From Polaromonas sp. (lineage in GTDB: Bacteria; Pseudomonadota; Gammaproteobacteria; Burkholderiales; Burkholderiaceae_C): a stretch of DNA of 64,000 nucleotides. The notes beneath the pieces are model-generated. The model made no database searches. It was given only the letters and a program-made list of their open reading frames with translations, and had not been told where the DNA came from. The stretch lies in assembly GCA_025363315.1 (NCBI GenBank), contig JANYED010000167.1, positions 8,348 through 72,347 on the forward strand, given 5' to 3'. The position numbers were made by a program, and so were the translations under genes. Shown here one piece after another: positions 18,392-29,000 of the stretch (position 1 is its first letter; the number at the start of each line of letters is the position of its first letter).

Positions 18392-18649
18392 ATGATGATG
18401 TCCCACAACACGCCACACCGCATGGCAGTCGGAAAATATTTGGTTTCGCCCCTTGCCAAGGCGCAAGGCGAAGGCCGCTACGCCGCATCGGTGTCCATCC
18501 GCTCAGGCAAAGGAAGCGCCACGCATGACCGCGTGATGCGCTTCACCGGTCTGTTCGACAGCGCCGCTTCGGCCCTGCAATACGCTACTGAGCACGCCCT
18601 CGGCTGGATCAACGAACGCCCAGAGTCGGCCTGCGCCTCAGGCGTTTAA
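18392..18649 (+). CDS. Hypothetical protein upstream of infA
   Basis: About 85-aa ORF (GKYLVSP...YAASVSIRSG.GS.THDRVMRF...F....A..YA) ending 33 bp before infA; exact start among 18392/18395/18398 uncertain. Confidence 0.65.
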   Translation: MMMSHNTPHRMAVGKYLVSPLAKAQGEGRYAASVSIRSGKGSATHDRVMRFTGLFDSAASALQYATEHALGWINERPESACASGV

Positions 18650-18682
18650 TTTCAGCTTTTAATTTTCGAGGACAATAAGTGC

Positions 18683-18964
18683 ATGGCTAAAGAAGAACTG
18701 ATTGAAATGCATGGGCTGGTTGATGAGGTCTTGCCCGACTCCCGTTTTCGCGTCACGCTGGACAACGGTCACAAATTGGTGGCCTACACGTCGGGCAAGA
18801 TGCGCAAAAATCACATCCGCATTTTGGCAGGTGACCAAGTGTCGCTCGAGCTGTCCCCGTATGACCTCAGCAAAGGCCGTATTACGTTTCGCCACATTGC
18901 GGGCCGCGGCCCTGGGCCTGGCGCCGGTCCCGGCGGCGGCGCACCGCAACGCGGCGCACGCTAG
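18683..18964 (+). CDS. infA: Translation initiation factor IF-1 with Gly/Pro-rich C-terminal tail
   Basis: MAKEELIEM...[14 protein letters not shown]...[31 protein letters not shown]; GAGG RBS upstream. Confidence 0.96.
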   Translation: MAKEELIEMHGLVDEVLPDSRFRVTLDNGHKLVAYTSGKMRKNHIRILAGDQVSLELSPYDLSKGRITFRHIAGRGPGPGAGPGGGAPQRGAR

Positions 18965-18971
18965 GTCTTAC

Positions 18972-19032
18972 CAGCTATGAAGCAGCTACTAAGCAGCTGT
19001 TCGGCAGCTATTTAACAGTTGTTTGCCAGCTT
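18972..19032. repeat. Six CAGYTN hexamers at exact 11-bp spacing
   Basis: cagcta 18972, cagcta 18983, cagctg 18994, cagcta 19005, cagttg 19016, cagctt 19027. Confidence 0.8.
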
Positions 19033-19035
19033 TCA

Positions 19036-19059
19036 AAAAGGCCCGTAATGGGCCTTTTC
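19036..19059. terminator. Bidirectional terminator between infA and dctA
   Basis: AAAAAGGCCC-GTAAT-GGGCCTTTT. Confidence 0.8.
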
Positions 19060-19088
19060 ACCATCTGCGCAGTCTGCAGCAACGCATG

Positions 19089-20444
19089 TCAAGTCGCCAT
19101 GTGCTCAGTCTTTTTGTCGAGCATGATTTCCGGCTCCTGGGCCTCAACCCAGGTTTCGTTGTTCAAACCTGCATGCAGGCGCTTGACGTCCAGTTCATCT
19201 GTCCACTTGGCGATAACCAGCGTGGCCACGCCGTTACCGATCAGGTTGGTCAGCGCCCTGGCTTCTGACATGAAGCGGTCAATCCCCAAAATCAGCGCCA
19301 GACCCGCTACCGGCACCGTGCCCACCGCTGAAAGGGTCGCGGCCAGGACGATAAAACCACTGCCCGTCACGCCCGCCGCGCCCTTTGACGTCAGCAGCAG
19401 AACCGCCAGCAGCGTGATCTCCTGCATCAACGTCATGGGGGTGTTGGTAGCTTGCGCAATAAACACGGCTGCCATCGTCAGGTAAATAGAGGTGCCGTCG
19501 AGATTGAACGAATAGCCGGTTGGAATCACCAAGCCGACCGTGGTCTTTTTAGCGCCCAGGTTTTCCATCTTCTCCATCATGCGCGGCAGCACCGACTCAG
19601 ACGAAGATGTGCCAAGAACAATCAGCAACTCCTCTTTGATGTATTTGATGAACTTCCAGATGCTAAAACCGTGCAGGCGCGCAATCGCGCCGAGCACCAC
19701 AAAAATAAAAATCAGACAGGTCAGGTAAAACGCTCCCATCAGTTTGCCAAGCGAAAACAGCGACCCCAAACCATATTTGCCGATGGTGAAAGCCATTGCG
19801 CCAAAAGCGCCGATGGGGGCGAGCTTCATGATGAAGCCGACAATGGCAAACAGCACGTGAGATATTTTTTCGATCACATCAAACACCAGCGTGCCGCGCC
19901 CGCCAAATCGGTGCAAGGCAAAACCAAACAGCACTGCAATCAGCAGCACCTGCAAAATTTCGCCTTTGGCAAAGGCATCGACCAGCGCGGTCGGGATGAT
20001 ATTTAAAAAAAAGTCAGTGGTGCCGACCATCTTGCCGGGGCCGGTATAGGCCGCAACGGCTTTGGTGTCCAGCGTTGAGACATCGACATTCATGCCGGTG
20101 CCAGGCTGAAACACATTGACCAGCACCAGGCCAATGACGAGTGCAAAGCTTGACACCACCTCAAAATACAGCAGCGCCAGCCCGCCGGTTTTACCGACTT
20201 TTTTCATGTCTTCCATGCCGGCAATACCCACCACCACGGTGCAAAAAATAATCGGCGCAATCATCATTTTGATAAGTTTGATGAAGCCGTCGCCCAGGGG
20301 TTTCATTTCTGCCCCTACTGCCGGGTAAAAGTACCCGAGCGTCACACCAATAACCACAGCGCAGATCACCTGCAGGTAAAGTGACCGGTAAAAGGGCGGT
20401 TTGGCTTGCGCGGTGTGGTCACTTGGGTTGGTCGCAATAGTCAT
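19089..20444 (-). CDS. dctA: C4-dicarboxylate/H+ symporter DctA
   Basis: [63 protein letters not shown]. Confidence 0.95.
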   Translation of the reverse strand: MTIATNPSDHTAQAKPPFYRSLYLQVICAVVIGVTLGYFYPAVGAEMKPLGDGFIKLIKMMIAPIIFCTVVVGIAGMEDMKKVGKTGGLALLYFEVVSSFALVIGLVLVNVFQPGTGMNVDVSTLDTKAVAAYTGPGKMVGTTDFFLNIIPTALVDAFAKGEILQVLLIAVLFGFALHRFGGRGTLVFDVIEKISHVLFAIVGFIMKLAPIGAFGAMAFTIGKYGLGSLFSLGKLMGAFYLTCLIFIFVVLGAIARLHGFSIWKFIKYIKEELLIVLGTSSSESVLPRMMEKMENLGAKKTTVGLVIPTGYSFNLDGTSIYLTMAAVFIAQATNTPMTLMQEITLLAVLLLTSKGAAGVTGSGFIVLAATLSAVGTVPVAGLALILGIDRFMSEARALTNLIGNGVATLVIAKWTDELDVKRLHAGLNNETWVEAQEPEIMLDKKTEHMAT

Positions 20445-20586
20445 GGTGGTCTGGCATCATTTGGATGCTGCTTGTCAATGAACCTCCCCAATATAGACCT
20501 TTCGGGAGCGCATGTCTTGTGGAAACCCACAGCCTGCTATCGTCAGACTTGGCGGTGGCTATAAAGCATTTAATGAAAGATATCGT

Positions 20587-21078
20587 ATGAAAAAAATTCT
20601 CGGGATGTCGGCGCTGTCGCTGGCGACTGTTTTATTGCTGCTTTTCTGGTTGACGCGTGCAGGGGCCCAGCAAGTCGGTGAGGTCAACACGGTGTTCAAA
20701 TTGCTCAGCCCAAACGACAAAATCGTGGTGGATGCGTATGACGACCCCAAGGTGGCAGGCATTACCTGCTATGTTTCGCGCGCCAAAACTGGCGGCTACA
20801 AAGGCGCTCTCGGTTTGGCAGAAGACAAATCGGAAGCGTCCATCGCCTGCCGTCAAACCGGACCGATCACTTTTACCAAGCCGCTGGATGCGCAAGAGGA
20901 CGTGATGACCGAGCGTATTTCACTGGTGTTCAAAAAACTGCGCGTGGTGCGTATGGTGGACGCGCCGCGCAACACGTTGGTGTACCTGACCTACTCTGAT
21001 CGCCTCATCGAAGGGTCGCCGCAAAACAGTGTGACAGCTGTGCCAGTGGATCGAGCCAACAAAATCCCAGTGAAGTAG
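20587..21078 (+). CDS. creA: CreA family protein
   Basis: Signal peptide; [58 protein letters not shown]. Confidence 0.9.
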   Translation: MKKILGMSALSLATVLLLLFWLTRAGAQQVGEVNTVFKLLSPNDKIVVDAYDDPKVAGITCYVSRAKTGGYKGALGLAEDKSEASIACRQTGPITFTKPLDAQEDVMTERISLVFKKLRVVRMVDAPRNTLVYLTYSDRLIEGSPQNSVTAVPVDRANKIPVK

Positions 21079-21171
21079 AACTTTCTTTACCGGACATTTA
21101 CGTGCGCGTTTCAGGCGCTACGCTGACGGTAAAAGCGTCGGTTGATAATTGAATTTTTCTGAGGATTCTTA

Positions 21172-22857
21172 ATGAACCCGCCTGACGAAGCGAAGCTTGT
21201 CCGCACCAACAGTCCAACTACCACGCCGTCCGTCAGGCCGATGAGCCGCCGCGCAAAGTGGACCGGTGCGGTAGTGGCTGTGCTGGTGTTGGCAGGTCTT
21301 GGTGGGCTGACTTGGTATCTGACGCGGCCTGCGGCGGCGCCTGGTGCAGCAACCGCAGCCGGTGGCTCTGGCGGCCCAGCCGGTCCGGGCGGTCCGGGCG
21401 GTCCGGGCGGGGGATTTGGCGGCGGCGGCCGGGGTGCCAGCACGGTTGGCGTGGCTATCGCTGAGCGAGCCAGCATCCCTATCACGCTTGATGCGCTGGG
21501 TACTGTCACGCCGTTGGCGACCAGCCGGGTTCGCTCGCAGGTGTCGGGCGTGTTGAACAGTGTGTTGTTTAAAGAAGGACAAATGGTGCGCGCCGGTGAG
21601 CTGCTGGCGACGCTCGATGCACGTCAGTTTGAGCTGGCGCTGGCGCAGGCAACAGGTCAACGCCAGCGGGACGCAGCGCAGCTCGACAGCGCCAAGGTGA
21701 CATTGCAGCGGTTCAAAACCCTGTTGAGCCAAGACTCGATTGCGCTGCAGGACGTTGACACTCAAGCCGCGCTGGTCAAGCAGCTTGAAGGCACGGTGAT
21801 GGTGGACACCGCAGCGGTGGGCGCGGCTCAGCTTAACCTGAGCTACACCCGCATCACCGCGCCTATCAGCGGCAGGGTGGGCCTGCGTACGGTAGATGTG
21901 GGCAACACCATCAGCAGCAGCGATGCCAACGGGGTTGCCATCATCACGCAAGTCATGCCGATGGACGTCGTGTTTTCAGTGCCGCAAGACCGTGTGGGCG
22001 ATGTGCTCAAAGCCGCAAAAAATGAGATGCTCGTCACAGCCCTTGACAGAACCCGGTCCAGCGCCTTGGGCAGCGGCACCTTTGCATCGCTTGACAATCA
22101 GATCGACACGACGACCGGAACGGTCAAAGCCAAAGCGCGCTTTGCCAATGCAGATCAAGCGCTGTTTGCCAATCAGTTTGTCAACATTCAGTTACTCATC
22201 AAATCTATCGACAACGCTGTTGTCGTGCCCGTGACGGCTGTACGTCTGGGCGGCAGCGGCGATTATGTGTTTGTATTGAACGCTGCTGAGCGCACCGTGT
22301 CGATCCGCCCTGTAGTGCGCGGTCCGGCCAGTGGTGAAAAAATAGTGATTTCGTCTGGCCTGAAAGCAGGCGAGCAGGTGATCACCGAAGGTGCAGACCG
22401 GCTCAAAGAAGGTTCACGCGTGAGCTTGGCCGGCGACGCACCGCGCGGCGGCGGCCGCCGTCAGGGGGCCAGCGCGCCACTGGGCGCACCCAGCGCTGCT
22501 GTTGCCGTACCGTCTGGCGCTGCGTCGCCCACCGAGCCGCAACGCGCTGCGCCCGCTGACAAACCAGTACCCGCGGCGCCGCCGGTGCGGGCTGCTCCCA
22601 GCACCAAAGCAGCGGCCGGCCCTTCCCCTGAGCAGCGCCAGCGCATGCTCGACCAGGTCAAAGACAACCCCGAGGCACTGGAACGCCGGAAAAAGTTTCT
22701 TGAAAAAATCGACAGTGGTGATCCAGAGGCGCTGCAACGCTGGCAAGGCATGCAGCAGCGCATGCAACAGGGGGGTGGCCAAGGCGGTAATCAAGGCGGT
22801 GGCCAAGGTTTTGGCCTAGGCGGTGGCGGTCAAGGCCGCGAGCGCCCCCCGCAATGA
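21172..22857 (+). CDS. mdtA: RND efflux periplasmic adaptor (MdtA/MuxA-like) with long C-terminal extension
   Basis: Single TM, LGTVTPL, VRSQVSG, ITAPISGRVGLR, DNQIDTTTGTVKAKARF; 561 aa. Confidence 0.9.
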   Translation: MNPPDEAKLVRTNSPTTTPSVRPMSRRAKWTGAVVAVLVLAGLGGLTWYLTRPAAAPGAATAAGGSGGPAGPGGPGGPGGGFGGGGRGASTVGVAIAERASIPITLDALGTVTPLATSRVRSQVSGVLNSVLFKEGQMVRAGELLATLDARQFELALAQATGQRQRDAAQLDSAKVTLQRFKTLLSQDSIALQDVDTQAALVKQLEGTVMVDTAAVGAAQLNLSYTRITAPISGRVGLRTVDVGNTISSSDANGVAIITQVMPMDVVFSVPQDRVGDVLKAAKNEMLVTALDRTRSSALGSGTFASLDNQIDTTTGTVKAKARFANADQALFANQFVNIQLLIKSIDNAVVVPVTAVRLGGSGDYVFVLNAAERTVSIRPVVRGPASGEKIVISSGLKAGEQVITEGADRLKEGSRVSLAGDAPRGGGRRQGASAPLGAPSAAVAVPSGAASPTEPQRAAPADKPVPAAPPVRAAPSTKAAAGPSPEQRQRMLDQVKDNPEALERRKKFLEKIDSGDPEALQRWQGMQQRMQQGGGQGGNQGGGQGFGLGGGGQGRERPPQ

Positions 22858-22864
22858 TGTGTCT

Positions 22865-25800
22865 ATGAATCCATCCAGTCCCTTTATTCTTCGTCCAGTC
22901 GCCACGTCGCTGTTGATGCTGGCGGTTGTGCTGGCCGGGTTGCTGGGCTTGAAGTTTTTGCCTTTGTCGGCGCTGCCGCAAGTTGACTACCCCACCATCC
23001 AGGTGCAAACGCTGTACCCGGGGGCCAGCCCCGAAGTCATGGCCCAAACGGTGTCCAGCCCACTGGAGCGCCAGTTTGGCCAAATGCCGGGCCTGCAGCG
23101 CATGAGTACCACCAGCGCGGCGGGTGTGTCTATCATCACACTGCAATTTGGCTTGGGTTTGGCGCTCGATATTGCCGAGCAGCAAGTGCAAGCCGCTATT
23201 AATGCAGGAGCATCTCTACTGCCCGCCGACTTGCCTGCGCCGCCGGTTTATGCCAAAATCAACCCAGCGGATGCGCCCGTCTTGACCCTGGCCGTCACGT
23301 CCGATACGCTGCCGCTGACCGAGGTGCAAAACCTGGTCAACACCCGCCTGGCCTTAAAAATCAGCCAGGTCAATGGTGTGGGTCTGGTCACGCTCAGCGG
23401 CGGGCAGCGGCCCGCAGTGCGCATCCAGGCTGACGTACGGGCGCTGGCGTCCTATGGTTTGGGGATGGACACTTTTCGCACAGCCATCACTGCGGCCAAT
23501 GCCAACGCCGCCAAGGGCAGCATTGACGGGCCAAGTCGGGCTTACAGCATCAATTCAAATGACCAATTGGTCACGGCACAGGACTATAAAAATTTGATCA
23601 TCGCTTACCGCAATGGCGCGGCGGTTCGTGTTTCCGATGTGGCTCAGGTGGTCAATGGTGCGGAAAACGTCAAACTGGGTGCCTGGTCAAACCTGACACC
23701 CGCCATTATCTTGAACGTGCAACGTCAGCCTGGTGCCAACGTGATTGCCACCGTGGACGCCATCAAGGCCCGCTTGCCTGAGTTGCAGTCGGGCTTGCCC
23801 GGCTCGCTCAGGGTGGATGTGCTGTCTGATCGCACCACCGGCATACGTGCATCTGTGATGCATGTGCAGATTGAACTGCTGCTGGCTGTGCTGCTCGTGG
23901 TGCTGGTTATCTTTGCTTTTCTGCACAGCCTGCGGGCCACCATCATCGCCAGCCTGGCGGTGCCGATTTCGTTGATTGGCACCTGCGGCGCCATGTACAT
24001 GCTGGGCTATAGCTTGAACAACCTGAGCCTGATGGCGCTGACGATTGCCACTGGCTTTGTGGTCGATGACGCGATTGTGATGATTGAAAACATCTCGCGT
24101 TATATCGAGGAGGGTTTGGCGCCTGTGGAGGCCGCTATCAAAGGCGCAGCACAAATCGGCTTCACGATTATTTCGCTCACTGTGTCGCTGATTGCGGTGT
24201 TGATTCCGCTGCTGTTTATGGGCGATGTCGTAGGGCGGTTGTTCAGGGAATTCGCCGTCACCCTGGCAATCACGATTTTGATTTCTGCGGTGGTTTCCTT
24301 AACACTAGTGCCGATGATGTCGGCACGCTGGTTAAAGAAGGGACCAGCCAAAACCAATGACAGCAAACTTCAACAATTTTTCAGCAACGTGATCAAGCGA
24401 TATGACCGCGGGTTGACTTGGGTTTTCAAACGCCAGGCTTTGACGCTGCTGGTTGCCTTTGCAACGCTTGTCGTCACGGGGCTGCTGTACATCGTCATTC
24501 CGAAAGGATTGTTCCCCACCCAGGACACCGGCCAGCTGCAGGCGCGCGTGCAAGCGGTGCAGTCCATCTCTTACGCCCGCATGGCCGAGCTCCAGCAAGC
24601 CGCCGCCAAAGCGATTCTTGAAGACCCCGATGTTGAAAATCTGTCGTCATTTGTGGGCGTGGATGCCGCCAACAACACCATGCTGCACACCGGCCGCATG
24701 TTGATCAACCTGAAAAAAGTCCGAACGACGGGACAACTTGCGACGATGCAACGACTGCAGGATCGCGTCAGCAAAGTTGCAGGTGTGACTCTGTACCTGC
24801 AGCCCACCCAAGACTTGACCATTGATGCCGAGGCCGGGCCCACGCAGTTTCGTGTGGCGATGGAAGGGTCGGACAACAAGGTGGTGGTGTTGTGGGCCAA
24901 AAAACTTGCCGCGCGCATGGCTGAGTTGAGCAGCCTGCGCCATGTCACCACCGATGCAGGCGCAACCGGGGCGTCGGTCTTTGTCACCGTTGACCGCGAC
25001 ACCGCATCCCGGCTCGGCATTGCCACCTCAACGATTGACGATGCGTTGTACAGCGCTTTCGGCCAGCGCATCGTGTCCACCATTTTTACCGAGACCAACC
25101 AGTACCGCGTGATTCTTGAAGCCCTGCCCAACCAGCTCACGAACGCGGCAATGCTGGGTAGCTTACAGATTAAAACCGCCTCTGGCGCAGCAGCGCCACT
25201 GGACAGTATTGCCACCATCACCGAGCGGCCTGCGCCGCTGCAAGTGACCAACGTTGACCAATTCCCCGCGACCACGCTTGGCTTTGACCTGGGGCCTGGT
25301 GTGGCGCTGGGCAAGGCGGTCGATGACATCAAGCGTGCAGCCAGAGACATTGCGTTGCCCGCCAGTGTGAGCCTGACTTTTCTGGGCGCATCTGGCGCTT
25401 ACGAAGCATCGCTGTCCAGCCAGCTGTGGTTGATTTTGGCGGCACTTGTGTGTGTGTACATCGTGTTGGGCGTGCTGTATGAAAGCTACATTCATCCGCT
25501 GACGATTTTGTCGACGCTGCCGTCAGCGGGTGTGGGCGCGCTGCTGGCGTTGATCGTCACCGGCAATGACTTGGGCGTGATAGGCATCATCGGGATTATT
25601 TTGTTGATTGGTATCGTCAAGAAAAACGCCATCATGATGATTGATTTTGCGATTGATGCGGAACGCACCCAGGGCAAGTCTGCGCAGGACGCGATTCATC
25701 AAGCGGCTTTGTTGCGCTTTCGTCCCATTTTGATGACGACTCTGGCGGCTTTGTTTGCTGCTGTGCCTTTGATGTTGGGATGGGGCGAGGGCGCTGAATT

Positions 25801-25927
25801 GCGCAGACCGCTTGGTTTGGCCATTTTTGGGGGGCTTGTGGTCAGTCAGGTGCTGACCCTATTCACGACGCCGGTTATTTATTTGGGGTTTGATCGGTTG
25901 GGGCGTAAATTGGGTCGTAAAGGCTAG
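22865..25927 (+). CDS. mdtB: RND efflux permease (MdtB/MuxB-like)
   Basis: Start MNPSSPFILRPVATSLLM; GFVVDDAIVMIENI, GIVKKNAIMMIDFA, RFRPILMTT. Confidence 0.93.
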   Translation: MNPSSPFILRPVATSLLMLAVVLAGLLGLKFLPLSALPQVDYPTIQVQTLYPGASPEVMAQTVSSPLERQFGQMPGLQRMSTTSAAGVSIITLQFGLGLALDIAEQQVQAAINAGASLLPADLPAPPVYAKINPADAPVLTLAVTSDTLPLTEVQNLVNTRLALKISQVNGVGLVTLSGGQRPAVRIQADVRALASYGLGMDTFRTAITAANANAAKGSIDGPSRAYSINSNDQLVTAQDYKNLIIAYRNGAAVRVSDVAQVVNGAENVKLGAWSNLTPAIILNVQRQPGANVIATVDAIKARLPELQSGLPGSLRVDVLSDRTTGIRASVMHVQIELLLAVLLVVLVIFAFLHSLRATIIASLAVPISLIGTCGAMYMLGYSLNNLSLMALTIATGFVVDDAIVMIENISRYIEEGLAPVEAAIKGAAQIGFTIISLTVSLIAVLIPLLFMGDVVGRLFREFAVTLAITILISAVVSLTLVPMMSARWLKKGPAKTNDSKLQQFFSNVIKRYDRGLTWVFKRQALTLLVAFATLVVTGLLYIVIPKGLFPTQDTGQLQARVQAVQSISYARMAELQQAAAKAILEDPDVENLSSFVGVDAANNTMLHTGRMLINLKKVRTTGQLATMQRLQDRVSKVAGVTLYLQPTQDLTIDAEAGPTQFRVAMEGSDNKVVVLWAKKLAARMAELSSLRHVTTDAGATGASVFVTVDRDTASRLGIATSTIDDALYSAFGQRIVSTIFTETNQYRVILEALPNQLTNAAMLGSLQIKTASGAAAPLDSIATITERPAPLQVTNVDQFPATTLGFDLGPGVALGKAVDDIKRAARDIALPASVSLTFLGASGAYEASLSSQLWLILAALVCVYIVLGVLYESYIHPLTILSTLPSAGVGALLALIVTGNDLGVIGIIGIILLIGIVKKNAIMMIDFAIDAERTQGKSAQDAIHQAALLRFRPILMTTLAALFAAVPLMLGWGEGAELRRPLGLAIFGGLVVSQVLTLFTTPVIYLGFDRLGRKLGRKG

Positions 25928-25938
25928 TTTTCCCTATG

Positions 25939-25992
25939 ATTTATGCCTCTAGACCAATGGATACGGGCGCGAGCAGCTTGTTAATTGATAGC
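25939..25992 (-). repeat. 54-bp motif, copy 6 (intergenic, between mdtB and mdtC)
   Basis: Reverse complement: gctat caattaa caagc tgct cgcgc ccg tatccat tggtct agaggcataaat. Confidence 0.9.
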
Positions 25993-26081
25993 GTGTTTAG
26001 CTTTGCGGAGTTTGCCGGGATTCGCCCAGCATGCTTGGAAGGGGCAACATTTCTCAAACAAAAGCGCAATCTGAGAAATAA

Positions 26082-29000
26082 ATGAACCTCTCAGAACCGT
26101 TCGTCCGCCGCCCAGTAGCCACAGTCCTGCTAACAGTAGGCTTGGCACTGTCCGGCATAGGTGCCTTCTTTGTCCTCCCGGTCTCACCGTTGCCGCAAGT
26201 CGACTTCCCCGTGATCACCGTCAGCGCCGCCATTCCCGGGGCCAGCCCAGACACCATGGCCAGCAGTGTCGCGACGCCACTGGAGCGTCGCCTGGGTGCA
26301 ATTTCGGGCGTCAACGAGATGACTTCGTCTAGCAGCAGCGGTCAGACGCGAATCAATTTGCAGTTTGACCTGAACCGCAAAATTGATGCTGCTGCCCGCG
26401 AAGTGCAGGGCGCTATCAACGCCAGCCGGGTCGACTTGCCCGCTGCGCTGCGCAGCAACCCGACGTATCGCAAAGCGAACCCGGCATCTGCGCCGATCAT
26501 GATTTTGGCGCTCACGTCCAAAACCCGCACGCCCGGGCAAATTTATGACGATGTGTCCAGCCTGTTGCAGCAAAAAATCGCACAGGTGCCTGGTGTGGGT
26601 GATGTGGAACTAGGTGGCGGCTCGTTGCCCGCGGTGCGGGTTGAATTGCTGCCTTTCGCATTGAACCGCTACGGTATCAGCATGGAAGACGTGCGGGCTG
26701 CGCTGCAAGCGTCCAACGCCAACCGGCCCAAGGGCGCGATTGAAGACGACCGCGACGGCAAGGGCAATCGTTTGCAGATTTATTCGGTCGGCAACACGGC
26801 TTCAGGCGGCTTGAAGGCGGCTGACTACAAAAATTTAACAGTTGGCGTGCGCAATGGCGCGTCAATCAGCCTGGGCGATGTTGCCAACGTGCGTGACGGT
26901 ACTGAAAACACCAACACCATTGGGCTGTTTAACGGCGACGCCGCCGTGATTGTGCTGATCACCCGCCAGCCGGGTGCCAACGTGATTGAAACAGTTGACG
27001 GTATACGCGCGTTGTTGCCTGAGCTGCAAGCCCAGCTGCCCAAAGACGTGAAGATGTCGGTAGCGTCTGACAGCACCAATTCCATTCGCTCGTCCCTGCG
27101 TGAAATTGAAATCACGCTGCTGATTTCAATCGTGCTGGTGGTGCTGGTGGTCAGCGCGTTTTTGCGCAGCGCACGTGCCACCTTCATTCCCGCAGCGGCC
27201 ACTGTGGTGTCGCTGCTGGGCACATTCAGCGTCATGTACCTGCTCGGTTTTAGTTTGAACAACCTGAGTCTGATGGCCCTGACAGTGGCGACTGGTTTTG
27301 TGGTCGATGATGCGATTGTGGTGCTGGAAAACACCAGCCGCCACATTGAAGCAGGCATGGACCGCTTCAAGGCTGCGCTGCTGGGGGCGCGTGAAGTCGG
27401 CTTTACCGTGCTGTCCATCAGCTTGTCGCTGGTGGCCGTGTTTATTCCACTGCTTTTCATGGGCGGGCAACTTGGACGACTGTTTCGTGAGTTTGCCGTC
27501 ACGCTGTCTGTTGCGGTGATGATCTCACTTGTCATATCGCTGACCACTACGCCGATGATGTGTGCCTGGCTGCTCAAGCCGCATTCCAAAACCAGTCCTG
27601 GACGCGTGTCAAGCTGGTTCGACAAACGATTTAAACAGGTCCTGCGCACTTATGAAGCCAGCCTCGATTGGGCATTGCACATGCGTTGGCTGATCATGCT
27701 GATCCTTGTATCGGTCGTGGGCATGAATGTGTATTTGTTCATCAAAATCCCGAAAGGGTTTTTTCCGCAGCAAGACAGTGGGCAAATCAACGGCGGCCTG
27801 CGTGCTGACCAGAGCATTTCGTTTCAGGCTACCCAGGGCAAGCTCAAAGAACTGGTGGACATCATTCGTGCCGACCCGGCGGTGGACACGGTGGTGGGCT
27901 TTACCGGCGGCGGCAGGGCTGGCGGCGGCTTTATGTTTGTTAACCTCAAGCCGCTTGCACAGCGGCTGGAAGGCATTGGCGGCCAGGCGGTAATTTCCCG
28001 TTTGCGGCCGCAATTGGCGCGGGTCACTGGCATCAGTTTGTTTTTAGGGCCGGTGCAAGACTTGCGCGGTGGTGGGCGGTCCAGCAACTCGACTTACCAG
28101 TACACGCTGAAAAGCGACAACGTAGCAGACTTGCGCAAATGGGCTGCACGGCTGGCTGATCAAATGAAAAGCCAGGTAGCGCTAACCGACGTCGACACCG
28201 ACCAGCAAGACAACGCAGTAGAGACCATGGTCACGGTTGACAAAGACAGCGCGTCACGCTTGGGCATTACTGCACGAGATATCGACAATGCTCTGTACAA
28301 CGGTTTTGGCCAAAGGCAGGTGGCGACGGTCTACAGTGACCTCAACCAATACAAAGTCATCATGGAAATTTCGCCGCGTTTCCGGCAAAGCCCGGAGTCG
28401 CTCAAAGACATTTACATTCCGGCGCGGGCTACCGGCGTGGGGGTGGCCAACGCGGCCGCGTTGGTCAACCCAGGGCTGCGCGACCAATCCACCGGCCAGG
28501 CATTAAGCCAGGGTAGCACCATGGTGCCGTTGTCAGCGATTGCGAAGTTTTCTGAAAGCGCCAAGGCATCGAGCGTCAACCATCAGGACGGCGAACTCGC
28601 GACCACGGTGTCGTACAACCTGGCTGAGGGTGCGACCCTGCAACAAGGCCAGGATGCCGTCAAACAGGCCGAGGCCGAAATTGGGCTGCCCAACAACGTG
28701 CGCGGCAGCTTTGAAGGCACCGCCAAAGCCGCGCAAGACTCGCAAGGCCAGCAGCCACTCCTTATTTTGGCGGCGCTGGTCGTCATCTATATCGTGTTGG
28801 GCGTTTTGTATGAAAGTCTGGTGCACCCCATCACTGTGTTGTCAACCCTGCCATCGGCAGGCGTGGGTGCGGTGCTGGCGTTGATGATCTTCAAGCTTGA
28901 TTTTTCCATCATTGCGTTGATTGGTGTCTTTCTGTTGATTGGCATCGTCAAGAAAAACGCGATTTTGATCATCGATTTTGCGATTGACGCTGAGCGTTCG

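Noticed and set aside
18972-19032. CRISPR array
   Set aside because: The period is 11 bp with 5-nt spacers and there are no cas genes. No CRISPR-like repeat-spacer structure was seen anywhere in the window.
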